From an uncultured Gammaproteobacteria bacterium (GTDB lineage: Bacteria; Patescibacteriota; Patescibacteriia; SG8-24): 34,447 nt of DNA. The translations under genes were made by a program, and so were the position numbers. Positions within the stretch are counted from its first letter, which is position 1. Each line of letters starts with the position of its first letter. Below, one piece after another: positions 15,636-23,160 of the stretch. The notes below the pieces were generated by a model that had not been told where the DNA came from, searched no databases, and worked only from the letters and a program-made list of their open reading frames with translations. The DNA lies in assembly GCA_964626205.1 (NCBI GenBank), contig CAZVED010000009.1:1-34447 (forward strand). The letters run 5' to 3'.

Positions 15636-16256
15636 ATGGTCAACCCCAATAGCACTCTCCGCACGCTCGCATATCTTGGTACCGCGGTCCGTACGCTCGT
15701 GACGAGCCTCGCCTTCTCGGCTGGCATCGTCGCGTCGGCGCCCGTCGGTGCGCACGCCATGGTCGCCTTCGAGGCGTTCCCCGGCATGCACCGCCTCTTT
15801 GCCTACGCCCCGGCAGAACAGAACCTCCTGCCGATCGAAGAGGTGAAGTCGCGCGAGCTCTCCGTGCAGGAAACCCTGCTCCAGGTTTGCGAAGCCCGCG
15901 GCTACGGCGAGGGTTGCGCAAAGGCGCTTCTCGGCATGATGTGGAAGGAATCTACCAACCACGCCCAAGCTATCGGCGATGCCGGTAAGGCTCGCGGCTA
16001 CTTCCAGATTCACTACAAGATGCACAAGGTAGACGTCAGCTGCGCGGAAGACCTCCGCTGTTCCGCCGAATGGTCACTCGACTACCTAGAGTCCAACGGC
16101 TATCCGAAGCATGTCGCCTACGCCGTGCAGTGCCACAACGGCTGCAACGCTGGCAACGGTTACGCTGCTTCGGCATTACGCCACGGTGAACGCCTCTGGA
16201 ACCAAACGGTTCCGGAGCATCCGAAGACCATCAAGACGCTCGCGTCTAACCAGTAA
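15636..16256 (+). CDS. secreted lytic transglycosylase (SLT domain) protein
   Basis: ORF 15585..16256 trimmed to ATG 15636, downstream of the promoter. It has a signal-like N-terminus (...LVTSLAFSAGIVASAPVGAHA) and an SLT catalytic region ...MMWKESTNHAQAIGDAGKARGYFQIH.... Confidence 0.75.
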   Translation: MVNPNSTLRTLAYLGTAVRTLVTSLAFSAGIVASAPVGAHAMVAFEAFPGMHRLFAYAPAEQNLLPIEEVKSRELSVQETLLQVCEARGYGEGCAKALLGMMWKESTNHAQAIGDAGKARGYFQIHYKMHKVDVSCAEDLRCSAEWSLDYLESNGYPKHVAYAVQCHNGCNAGNGYAASALRHGERLWNQTVPEHPKTIKTLASNQ

Positions 16257-16266
16257 GCCGAAACGC

Positions 16267-16292
16267 AAAGAAGAGGGGAAACCCTCTTCTTT
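16267..16292. terminator. bidirectional intrinsic terminator (SLT gene / trmH-family gene)
   Basis: AAAGAAGAGGG-GAAA-CCCTCTTCTTT is a perfect 11-bp stem between convergent stops at 16256 and 16302. Confidence 0.75.
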
Positions 16293-16301
16293 CGTTTTCC
16301 G

Positions 16302-17021
16302 TCAGCGAGCGACGGATGCCTGGTAGCGTGCGTGCAGGACGATAGCGAGCGCGTTGCCGACGTTGAGCGATTCAAGCGCTGGATCGTGCATGATACTGAC
16401 GCCGGAGCCGGAGATGTCGAGTGTGATGCCGTTTCCTTCTGATCCGGCGATAAGAATGGCCTGTTCGGCAGGAGCGGTCAGGAACGGCGATGGCCCTACG
16501 GCATCGCCAACATCCTTATCCCGCTCAAGGCGGTAGACCGGCTTCCGAAGCGAGAGGACGATGTCTTTCGCGTCCTGCCGCGCGACGCGCACCCACGGGA
16601 CCGAGAACAACGCCCCGGCAGAAGAACGCACGACCTTTGATGCGGTCGGATCTGCGCTATCGACAAGCAGCAATGCGGCGTTGAAGCCCTGGCATAGACG
16701 GATGATGGCGCCGACATTCCCCGGATCTTGGACGCCATCCAGCACGACGATCGTCGTGCGGCTCCAGACGTCGTGCAACGTCCATGCAGGGATTCGCGCG
16801 ACGCCAGCCATGGCCTGCGGGGTTTCGGTCGTGACGAGGTCGTCGAACCGATCGGTGTCCGCTGGCGTGAACGTAAATTCCACGGCGTCGCCGGCAGCGG
16901 CGATGACGTTCTCGCCCTCCACGAGGCAGCGACCGTGCGCGTCGCGCCCCTTTTTCGTCCTGAGGGAGAGGATGAGTTTTTCCTGTGCCTTGCTCAACAT
17001 ATGCCCTGTAGTATTCCACAT
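16302..17021 (-). CDS. TrmH/SpoU-family RNA 2'-O-methyltransferase
   Basis: 239 aa with SpoU motifs ...VVLDGVQDPGNVGAIIRLCQGF..., ...ILIAGSEGNGI... and ...ESLNVGNALAIVLH.... The start could instead be ATG 17000 (MLSKAQEK...). Confidence 0.85.
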   Translation of the reverse strand: MWNTTGHMLSKAQEKLILSLRTKKGRDAHGRCLVEGENVIAAAGDAVEFTFTPADTDRFDDLVTTETPQAMAGVARIPAWTLHDVWSRTTIVVLDGVQDPGNVGAIIRLCQGFNAALLLVDSADPTASKVVRSSAGALFSVPWVRVARQDAKDIVLSLRKPVYRLERDKDVGDAVGPSPFLTAPAEQAILIAGSEGNGITLDISGSGVSIMHDPALESLNVGNALAIVLHARYQASVAR

Positions 17022-17083
17022 GGACGCGCAACAGGCCAGTACGGTACCATTCCTGTACAGAGTCCTCCCTGACGCATACGCTC

Positions 17084-17482
<399 letters not shown>

Positions 17483-17508
17483 GGGGCGGTCTTTTTTTGT
17501 TTGGATGC

Positions 17509-19008
17509 TCAGATGACGTCTGGCGCCTCCGATGCATCGACGGCTTCCGCTTCTACAGGGAGGAGCTCCAGAGGCTCACCGGACGCATGCAGCGAAAGCA
17601 TGCGCTCAGAAACGGTCACGACGTTAGGGAATCGGTACCCGTATCCGAGGAATACCTCCTCGGTCGGAATCGGGCGCTTGAGACCTCCTGCGATGACGTA
17701 GACGGTCGGTGTATCAGGACCTTTCACGAGAACGCCGTCGTTCAGGAGCACAGGCTCGCCACGCGGGATCTTCTCGAGCTCGACAGGGGAGAGTGGGACG
17801 ATCGTTTTGCCGGGGAAATTCGCGCGTAGGACACCAGCATCGAGAACGGGGCGCTTCGTGCCACCTTCCGCATAGTAGACGCCGCCCGTCCTCGTGTCTT
17901 GTACCAATGCGCCGCCCGGGAACGCGTCATCCAACGTGATGGGTGTGCCGAGACGGTAGTCCGCGATGTCGTCAGACGTGGTGTCCTCCACCTCTTCCGG
18001 ATTGAAGCCGATGCCACGGAATACGTCCGTGGACGGGATGAGTCGCTTCGTACCACCAATCAAGAGATAGGTCTCGCCGGTTTCCGTACGCACAAGCGCC
18101 TGATCGGGGAAGGTAACCGGCTTTCCCGGACGTTGAGCGTAGAACGCATCGAATTCCTTCTGGCCGAGATCAATGACGTTCGCTGAGGCGAATCGCGTCG
18201 CCAGAACCGACTGGTTCGCGATAGGGCGGTACGTGCCATTCTGCACGAGCGCGACGGCACCTGTCACGGCGTTCCGGATGAGCGACCCTTCCGGCAATGC
18301 CAGCGCATGGTCTGCAGCAGACGGCCACCACCGCTGCCAGATATTCCAGAGCAGGCGGTTGCCGCCGACACGAGTATCACCGACGTGTGGCGTGTAATTA
18401 TAGAGCGCGGCTGTCGTGACATTCATCGGCGTGACCGACTGTCCGCTAATGGTCCGCGTGACGCCAGGCTGGATCATATAGGTCAGCGCGGGGTAGTTGA
18501 TCATGAACCAGTCCATCCAACCGGCACCGACATCGATCTGGCGGCCGAGACCCTTATACTTCTGCGCCAACGGCGACGACTTATAACACCCATCGCACAA
18601 CGCGTACCCTGTGGCCCAGTCCATCTGATTCTGCGTCGGCGTACGCGTCTCCACGATGCCGGATTCTTTCTGCAGGAGCGCAAGAATGTACTTCGGATTG
18701 ATGCCGTAGCACTGCGCGGCGTCGTAGATCATCTGCGCCGGCCCTTTGACCATGGGAATGGAATGAAGATAAGGGTCGTAGTCCGCCGGCTTACCCTTAT
18801 CGCAGTAGTCAGGAACCTCCATGTAGATGGAGTTCATTCCGCCTTTCTCTTCGAGAAAGCGGTAAATGTCCATGAACGACATGGAGTTCACATCGCGCAT
18901 TTCCGCGTCCGAAAAAATAAGATTCGGGTTGTAGGTCGCTGCGGCAGCCGGCAGGGTCGGAATAGCCAGCGTGAGAGCTAAAGCGATAATGGATGTCGTT
19001 CTTCGCAT
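17509..19008 (-). CDS. secreted protein: N-terminal cell-wall-hydrolase-like domain plus four ~60-aa C-terminal repeats
   Basis: ORF 17509..19074 trimmed to ATG 19008 (MRRTTSIIALALTLAIPTLPAAAA, a signal peptide). The N-domain contains ...INPKYILALLQKESGIV... (glycosidase-like E-S motif). It is followed by four repeats of the type G-x-L-[VI]-x5-8-Y-x4-G-x-[KY]-R-[PL]-[IV]. Confidence 0.75.
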   Translation of the reverse strand: MRRTTSIIALALTLAIPTLPAAAATYNPNLIFSDAEMRDVNSMSFMDIYRFLEEKGGMNSIYMEVPDYCDKGKPADYDPYLHSIPMVKGPAQMIYDAAQCYGINPKYILALLQKESGIVETRTPTQNQMDWATGYALCDGCYKSSPLAQKYKGLGRQIDVGAGWMDWFMINYPALTYMIQPGVTRTISGQSVTPMNVTTAALYNYTPHVGDTRVGGNRLLWNIWQRWWPSAADHALALPEGSLIRNAVTGAVALVQNGTYRPIANQSVLATRFASANVIDLGQKEFDAFYAQRPGKPVTFPDQALVRTETGETYLLIGGTKRLIPSTDVFRGIGFNPEEVEDTTSDDIADYRLGTPITLDDAFPGGALVQDTRTGGVYYAEGGTKRPVLDAGVLRANFPGKTIVPLSPVELEKIPRGEPVLLNDGVLVKGPDTPTVYVIAGGLKRPIPTEEVFLGYGYRFPNVVTVSERMLSLHASGEPLELLPVEAEAVDASEAPDVI

Positions 19009-19015
19009 ATGGGTC

Positions 19016-19021
19016 AGTATA
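19016..19021 (-). promoter_or_regulatory. candidate -10 box TATACT placed 7 nt before the start codon (leaderless arrangement)
   Basis: The minus strand reads TATACT-GACCCAT-ATG(19008). Confidence 0.4.
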
Positions 19022-19056
19022 CCTTCCAAGAGAGGCATGTTCAACGCTCCATCCTG

Positions 19057-19065
19057 TGCTATCCT
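19057..19065 (+). promoter_or_regulatory. candidate extended -10 element TGCTATCCT
   Basis: Same 9-mer as at 11798, with 20 nt between its last base and the cupin ATG 19086. Confidence 0.4.
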
Positions 19066-19085
19066 TAGCACCACATGTGTACAGA

Positions 19086-19511
19086 ATGCCTATGAGCACG
19101 CCGTCGACACCGTTTCATCAGCGCATCGAGAAACCATGGGGGTGGGAGATCCTCCTCACGCCTCGAGAGCTCAGCCACGCAGGGAAGCTCCTCTTCGTCC
19201 ATGCGGGAAAGCGGCTATCGCTGCAGTACCATGACGTAAAGGAGGAGACAATCTGTCTGCTGGAAGGAGAGGCGTTCATCTGGCTCGATGACGAAGCCGG
19301 GGAATTACAAAAGCTGCCCATGGAACGACATAAGGGGTACGTCGTACGCACCTTGCGACGGCATCGCCTTGAAGCAGCAACTGACGCGCTGTTTATGGAA
19401 GCATCCGACCCGGAGAAAGGAAACACCTTCCGTCTCGAAGACGACTACGCACGAGGGACGGAAACGGAACACGATCGCGCGAACGCGCGACGAACGAATA
19501 CGACGCTATGA
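19086..19511 (+). CDS. cupin-domain protein (type II phosphomannose-isomerase-like cupin)
   Basis: ORF 18993..19511 trimmed to ATG 19086 (or 19092). Motifs are ...IEKPWGWEILL... and ...LSLQYHDVKEETICLLEGEA.... The stop overlaps the next ATG (ATGA at 19508..19511). Confidence 0.7.
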   Translation: MPMSTPSTPFHQRIEKPWGWEILLTPRELSHAGKLLFVHAGKRLSLQYHDVKEETICLLEGEAFIWLDDEAGELQKLPMERHKGYVVRTLRRHRLEAATDALFMEASDPEKGNTFRLEDDYARGTETEHDRANARRTNTTL

Positions 19512-20230
19512 GAACATTCGGCGAACACAACGGACGGAAAGGTATCGAGGCATCCATGCGACAGCTCGTCTTCGGCATGGAAGACGGCATCGTCTCTACG
19601 ACCGGCGCCGTCGTCGGTATCGCGGCGGGTAGTCAGAACGCGCAGGTCGTCATTCTCTCCGGAACGGTGCTCATCCTCGTCGAAGCGCTCTCCATGGCGG
19701 CCGGGGAGTATCTTTCCTCGAAGTCGCATCGCGAGTTCTTGGAGCAGAAGATCCGCGAAGAGGAGAAAGAGATCGAGGAGCGCCCGGAACATGAGCGCGA
19801 AGAGCTCGAGCGTTTCTATCGCGACCGCGGGTTTGCAGAAGAAGAGATCGGCATCATCGTAAAGCGCATCACCTCGGACAAGAAGCTTTGGCTCGAGGAG
19901 ATGATCTCCAAGGAACTCGGTATCGGTACAGGCGAACTGACGGAAGCCCCGTCCGGAGCGGCGGTGATGTGGCTTTCGTATACCGTCGGTGGCGCACTTC
20001 CGCTCTTGCCGTTCTTTTTCCTTCCGACAGGCGTCGCCTCGGTGACGGCTCTTCTCACCGGCATCGGTGCGCTCTTCGGTCTTGGCTATTGGAAAGCAAA
20101 GGTTGCTGGCATTAACGCCATGAAGAGCGCAGCGGAGATGGTCGTCGTCGGCGCCGGAGCGGGGCTCTTAGGGTATATCGCCGGCGCGATCGTCGGCGCC
20201 TGGTTAGGGCTCCCGGCACAGCTCGGTTGA
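19508..20230 (+). CDS. VIT1/CCC1-family iron/manganese transporter
   Basis: 240 aa with ...FGMEDGIVSTTGAVVGIA..., a Glu-rich cytosolic helix (EEKEIEERPEHEREELERFY) and a C-terminal TM bundle. Confidence 0.85.
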   Translation: MRTFGEHNGRKGIEASMRQLVFGMEDGIVSTTGAVVGIAAGSQNAQVVILSGTVLILVEALSMAAGEYLSSKSHREFLEQKIREEEKEIEERPEHEREELERFYRDRGFAEEEIGIIVKRITSDKKLWLEEMISKELGIGTGELTEAPSGAAVMWLSYTVGGALPLLPFFFLPTGVASVTALLTGIGALFGLGYWKAKVAGINAMKSAAEMVVVGAGAGLLGYIAGAIVGAWLGLPAQLG

Positions 20231-20271
20231 AGGCGGGCAAGGGGGCTGTGGAGAACTTTTTACGCTCAACA

Positions 20272-20280
20272 TGGTAAAAT
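20272..20280 (+). promoter_or_regulatory. candidate extended -10 element TGGTAAAAT
   Basis: Lies in an AT-rich gap, with 39 nt between its last base and ATG 20320. Confidence 0.4.
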
Positions 20281-20319
20281 ATTTCCGTTCATTAAGTTAT
20301 CAAAAGCAACAAGAATTGT

Positions 20320-20598
20320 ATGATGGGAAAACACATGGGTATGTGCGCTAAGATTTCTCTCCTTCTCATCGTCGTCGGCGGCCTGAACTGGGGACTCGTC
20401 AGCATCGACCCGTCCTGGAACCTCGTTGAAATGCTCTTCGGCTCTTGGCCAATGGTCGTCCGCATCGTGTATGCACTCGTCGGTATCTCCGCGCTCGTCG
20501 TCGCTGCGCACCACATGGGCATGTGCGGCCACTGCAAGAAGATGGGCATGGACTGCAAGGACGGCTCCTGCGACACACACGGCGCTCCGAAGGCGTAA
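20320..20598 (+). CDS. DUF378-family two-TM protein with Cys/His/Met-rich termini
   Basis: 92 aa with a DUF378 core ...LLIVVGGLNWGLVSI...VRIVYALVGISALVV.... The N-terminus is KHMGMC and the C-terminal extension is HHMGMCGHCKKMGMDCKDGSCDTHG. Confidence 0.8.
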   Translation: MMGKHMGMCAKISLLLIVVGGLNWGLVSIDPSWNLVEMLFGSWPMVVRIVYALVGISALVVAAHHMGMCGHCKKMGMDCKDGSCDTHGAPKA

Positions 20599-20615
20599 AG
20601 ACGTTTTCTACTGGG

Positions 20616-20644
20616 AACGGCCTCCTCTCGTAGGGGGCCGTTTT
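20616..20644 (+). terminator. rho-independent terminator
   Basis: AACGGCC(TCCT)-CTCGT-(AGGG)GGCCGTT is about an 11-bp stem including one G-U pair, with the T run continuing as TTTT. Confidence 0.7.
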
Positions 20645-20727
20645 CGTTTACGTTTGCGTATCGGCAAGGGGGTCGGCATACTTGGTAATGACGGTCTTTT
20701 GTACCGGTTCGACGCAAGGAGGACCGC

Positions 20728-21819
20728 ATGGAAAAGCGCCTATTCGTAGGCATCGGCATCTTCGGACTCATAAGCATTGCTGTGTTGGCGCTGCGCGGCT
20801 ATGAGGAGGTTCCTATTCCTCCTGGCCACGATACGCAATTCGTCCACAACGTGGATGGTCGCATGATGCTCGACGGAGCTCGCTTCCGCTTCATCGGCGT
20901 GAACGTCTACTCGCTCTTGTCCGCAAAAAATCACGAGAGCGGCTTCGTCTGCGGAAGGGCGCATAGCAGCGAGGAACGCGAGAGCGTCATGCGCGAAGTG
21001 CATGCGTTCGGCGGCAACGTCATCCGTGTTCCGGTCTACCAGCCATACACGGACTCCGGGACCGACTTCACCGAACTCGATGAAACGCTTGCGCTCGCGC
21101 GCGAGCTCGGTATCCGGCTCATCCTCGTGATTGAAGGGCAGTGGGGACACTGCTCCACTGGCAGCTACATGACGCCGACCTGGTATCGCGGCGGCTACCG
21201 CAGCCCCTACGGCGGACACCCGCTCTCGTATCTGGACTACACGAAGATTCTCGCGGAGCGCTACAAGAACGAACCGGCAATCCTTGCCTGGCAGCTCATG
21301 AACGAAGCGGAATCGTCTGCAGGTGCGGTTGTCGTGGGGATCCCGGATCCAGAGGCACTCTATGCTTTCGCTCATGACATGAGCGCGGAAATCCGCGCCA
21401 TCGACCGGAACCACCTCATCTCGCTGGGCACCATCGACGATTCCCGCGCGGGTATGAGCACGGTCGACTACGCGAATATCCTCCAGCTCTCCACCGTAGA
21501 CATCGCCGAAGGGCACGATTACGACGCCATTCAGCCGTATCCCATGGCCATGCGGCGCTGTCAGAAAATCGCCGAGCTCACGAAGGTCCCGTTCTTCATC
21601 GGTGAAGTCGGCGTATCCGTGAACGGGAGGAGCAAGGATGAGCGTGCGCGGCTCCTCATGCGAAAGCTCGAGGCCGCATGGAACGCCGACGTGGACGGCA
21701 TCCTCATCTGGTCCTACCGTGCCGGTGATGGCGGCGGGTTCGACATCTGGCCTGATGATCCGATCGTCCCTCAGCTACGGGAATTCACCGAAAAACGCCT
21801 TCCGGCGCGATCGGAATGA
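20728..21819 (+). CDS. glycoside hydrolase family 5 (mannanase/cellulase-like), membrane-anchored
   Basis: 363 aa with AAGGAGG 5 nt upstream of the ATG and an N-terminal anchor (LFVGIGIFGLISIAVLAL). GH5 catalytic motifs are ...AWQLMNEAE... and ...PFFIGEVG.... Confidence 0.75.
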   Translation: MEKRLFVGIGIFGLISIAVLALRGYEEVPIPPGHDTQFVHNVDGRMMLDGARFRFIGVNVYSLLSAKNHESGFVCGRAHSSEERESVMREVHAFGGNVIRVPVYQPYTDSGTDFTELDETLALARELGIRLILVIEGQWGHCSTGSYMTPTWYRGGYRSPYGGHPLSYLDYTKILAERYKNEPAILAWQLMNEAESSAGAVVVGIPDPEALYAFAHDMSAEIRAIDRNHLISLGTIDDSRAGMSTVDYANILQLSTVDIAEGHDYDAIQPYPMAMRRCQKIAELTKVPFFIGEVGVSVNGRSKDERARLLMRKLEAAWNADVDGILIWSYRAGDGGGFDIWPDDPIVPQLREFTEKRLPARSE

Positions 21820-21824
21820 ACGAT

Positions 21825-21854
21825 GCCGTTCTCCATACGGAGAGCGGCTTTTTT
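21825..21854 (+). terminator. rho-independent terminator of the GH5 gene
   Basis: GCCGTTCTCC-ATAC-GGAGAGCGGC is a 10-bp stem with one G-U pair, followed by T6. Confidence 0.8.
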
Positions 21855-21869
21855 CTTACTTCGAATAGA

Positions 21870-21908
21870 GATTGCTTCGGGGCTGTGTACAGCCCACTCG
21901 CAATGACA
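21870..21908 (+). repeat. REP-like palindromic unit, copy 1
   Basis: GATTGCTTCGG-[GGCTG TGTA CAGCC]-CACTCGCAATGACA. Confidence 0.8.
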
Positions 21909-21928
21909 AAGTAGGAACGCACCCATCT

Positions 21929-21967
21929 TGTCATTGCGAGCGGGTCGTACTCGACCCCGAAGCAATC
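21929..21967 (-). repeat. REP-like palindromic unit, copy 2 (inverted)
   Basis: The reverse complement reads GATTGCTTCGG-[GGTCG AGTA CGACC]-CGCTCGCAATGACA. Confidence 0.8.
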
Positions 21968-21981
21968 CCGAACATTGACGG

Positions 21982-22023
21982 GATTGCTTCGGGTAGGCGA
22001 GTACGCCTACCCTCGCAATGACA
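21982..22023 (+). repeat. REP-like palindromic unit, copy 3
   Basis: GATTGCTTCGG-[GTAGGCG AGTA CGCCTAC]-CCTCGCAATGACA. Confidence 0.8.
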
Positions 22024-22027
22024 CATC

Positions 22028-22052
22028 AAAAAAGAGCCCCGCAAGGGACTCT
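22028..22052 (-). terminator. rho-independent terminator of the deaminase-family gene
   Basis: The minus strand reads AGAGTCCC-TTGC-GGGGCTCT (8 bp with one mismatch) followed by T6, starting 6 nt after the stop at 22059. Confidence 0.7.
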
Positions 22053-22058
22053 TTATGT

Positions 22059-23009
22059 TCAGAGGCAGTTGGTTTCGAGTTTATGACACTGGCTTTCCGT
22101 GAAGCCGTACGCATCATCACACGCTTTGATGACCTCGGGCATAGCAGGAAGGAACAAGTCGTCGTCGGCGTTGAGCGTGTAACGAACGCCGGTGTCGAGA
22201 AGCTCGTCGATACGGAGCTCGCGGACGTCGGCGATGAGACCGAGGGTCCGATTGGAGAGCGGGCAGCCGGAGATGCGAATGCCGCGGTCTACGACTTCAC
22301 GCACGAGCTCGCGGTCGTCTGGCAGCGGAATGGCGTGCCCGATGTCGTGGCAGCGGAGCACGCGCACGGCCGTACGTACGTTCGCAAGGAGCCGTGCGCG
22401 ATACGTCGCGATAGGTTCCTGTGCGACCCACTCGCCAGCATGCGCGGTGCGGCGCACCGCAGTGCCGAACGTCATCGCGAAAGCGAGAAGATGGCGTTCA
22501 GGCGGGAAGCCGGCTTCGTCGCAAGCCATGCCGAGCATGACCTCGCCATCATAGTCGAGCGCGATGCGCGCGATGACCTTGCCGTCTTCGGGGGACACCT
22601 CGCGATTGATGCAAAGAGCAGGAACGATACGGATGCCGGTCTCGCGCTCCGCCTGACGGAAACCACGAATCATGTGCTGCGTCGCCAAGCGCGGCGTAAG
22701 CCCGCCCTTGGTGTGCAGCCACGGCGCAAACTTCGCTTCGACCCGGAGGAACCCCTCGCGCGCCCGACGGCGTCCGTACGTGCGACCCATGAGCGTCAGG
22801 CTCTCCGGTGTCTGCAGCAACGACGTGACCGTCGCGAACTTCTCGACGATGTTCACGTGCGTGTCCACGAACTTGGCACGGATCTGCTCGGGCGTAAGTG
22901 CCCGCTCCGGCGGAATGCCGGAGAGGCGATGCAAATCATCCAGGCAATCTAAGACGGCAATGCTTCCGTCGACGTGATCGTGCGTTAAACCTCGGATAAT
23001 CGGGAGCAT
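22059..23009 (-). CDS. adenosine/adenine deaminase family metallohydrolase
   Basis: ORF 22059..23072 (GTG) trimmed to ATG 23009, which is preceded by AGGAGG (23020..23015). Motifs are ...LTHDHVDGS..., ...RRTAHAGEW... and ...TLNADDDLF.... Confidence 0.8.
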   Translation of the reverse strand: MLPIIRGLTHDHVDGSIAVLDCLDDLHRLSGIPPERALTPEQIRAKFVDTHVNIVEKFATVTSLLQTPESLTLMGRTYGRRRAREGFLRVEAKFAPWLHTKGGLTPRLATQHMIRGFRQAERETGIRIVPALCINREVSPEDGKVIARIALDYDGEVMLGMACDEAGFPPERHLLAFAMTFGTAVRRTAHAGEWVAQEPIATYRARLLANVRTAVRVLRCHDIGHAIPLPDDRELVREVVDRGIRISGCPLSNRTLGLIADVRELRIDELLDTGVRYTLNADDDLFLPAMPEVIKACDDAYGFTESQCHKLETNCL

Positions 23010-23049
23010 GTGGGCCTCCTGCGACAGGTATCGCGAAGGCATTTCACCA

Positions 23050-23058
23050 TAGATAGCA
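23050..23058 (-). promoter_or_regulatory. candidate extended -10 element TGCTATCTA
   Basis: Read on the minus strand, with 40 nt between its last base and ATG 23009. It lies inside the GTG-extended ORF, which supports the shorter start. Confidence 0.35.
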
Positions 23059-23110
23059 GTAACCGACAACACACATTAAGCTCAAACGAGGCAGAGAAAT
23101 CTCCATTGGC

Positions 23111-23139
23111 TTGACCGGTTTCCTCTTATCTGCTTAAAT
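23111..23139 (+). promoter_or_regulatory. promoter of the Rrf2-suf operon: TTGACC-N17-TTAAAT with TGc extension
   Basis: TTGACC at 23111..23116, a 17-nt spacer ending in TGC, then TTAAAT at 23134..23139. The ATG is at 23161. Confidence 0.5.
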
Positions 23140-23160
23140 CCTAGTAGTTTACTAGGATTT
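23136..23160. promoter_or_regulatory. perfect 25-bp palindrome, candidate Rrf2 operator
   Basis: AAATCCTAGTA-GTT-TACTAGGATTT has 11-bp perfect arms. It overlaps the -10 box and ends at the base before the Rrf2 ATG. Confidence 0.55.

Noticed and set aside
15434-15787. N-terminal extensions of track ORFs: pepF to 15787, GT4-B to 31423, the membrane protein from 33059, the secreted protein to 19074, the deaminase gene to 23072, mgtE from 5398 and atpH to 1515.
   Set aside because: The extensions use alternative starts (TTG or GTG) or upstream ATGs. They overlap neighbouring genes, promoters or terminator hairpins and add Arg-rich junk sequence. Internal ATGs give family-typical N-termini, signal peptides or SD sequences.
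21975-22952. 325-aa plus-strand ORF starting MTGLLRVGEYAYPRND.
   Set aside because: It starts with TTG inside REP-like copy 3, runs through the deaminase-gene terminator and then lies antisense to that gene. It is an artefact of the palindromic repeat plus a shadow frame.
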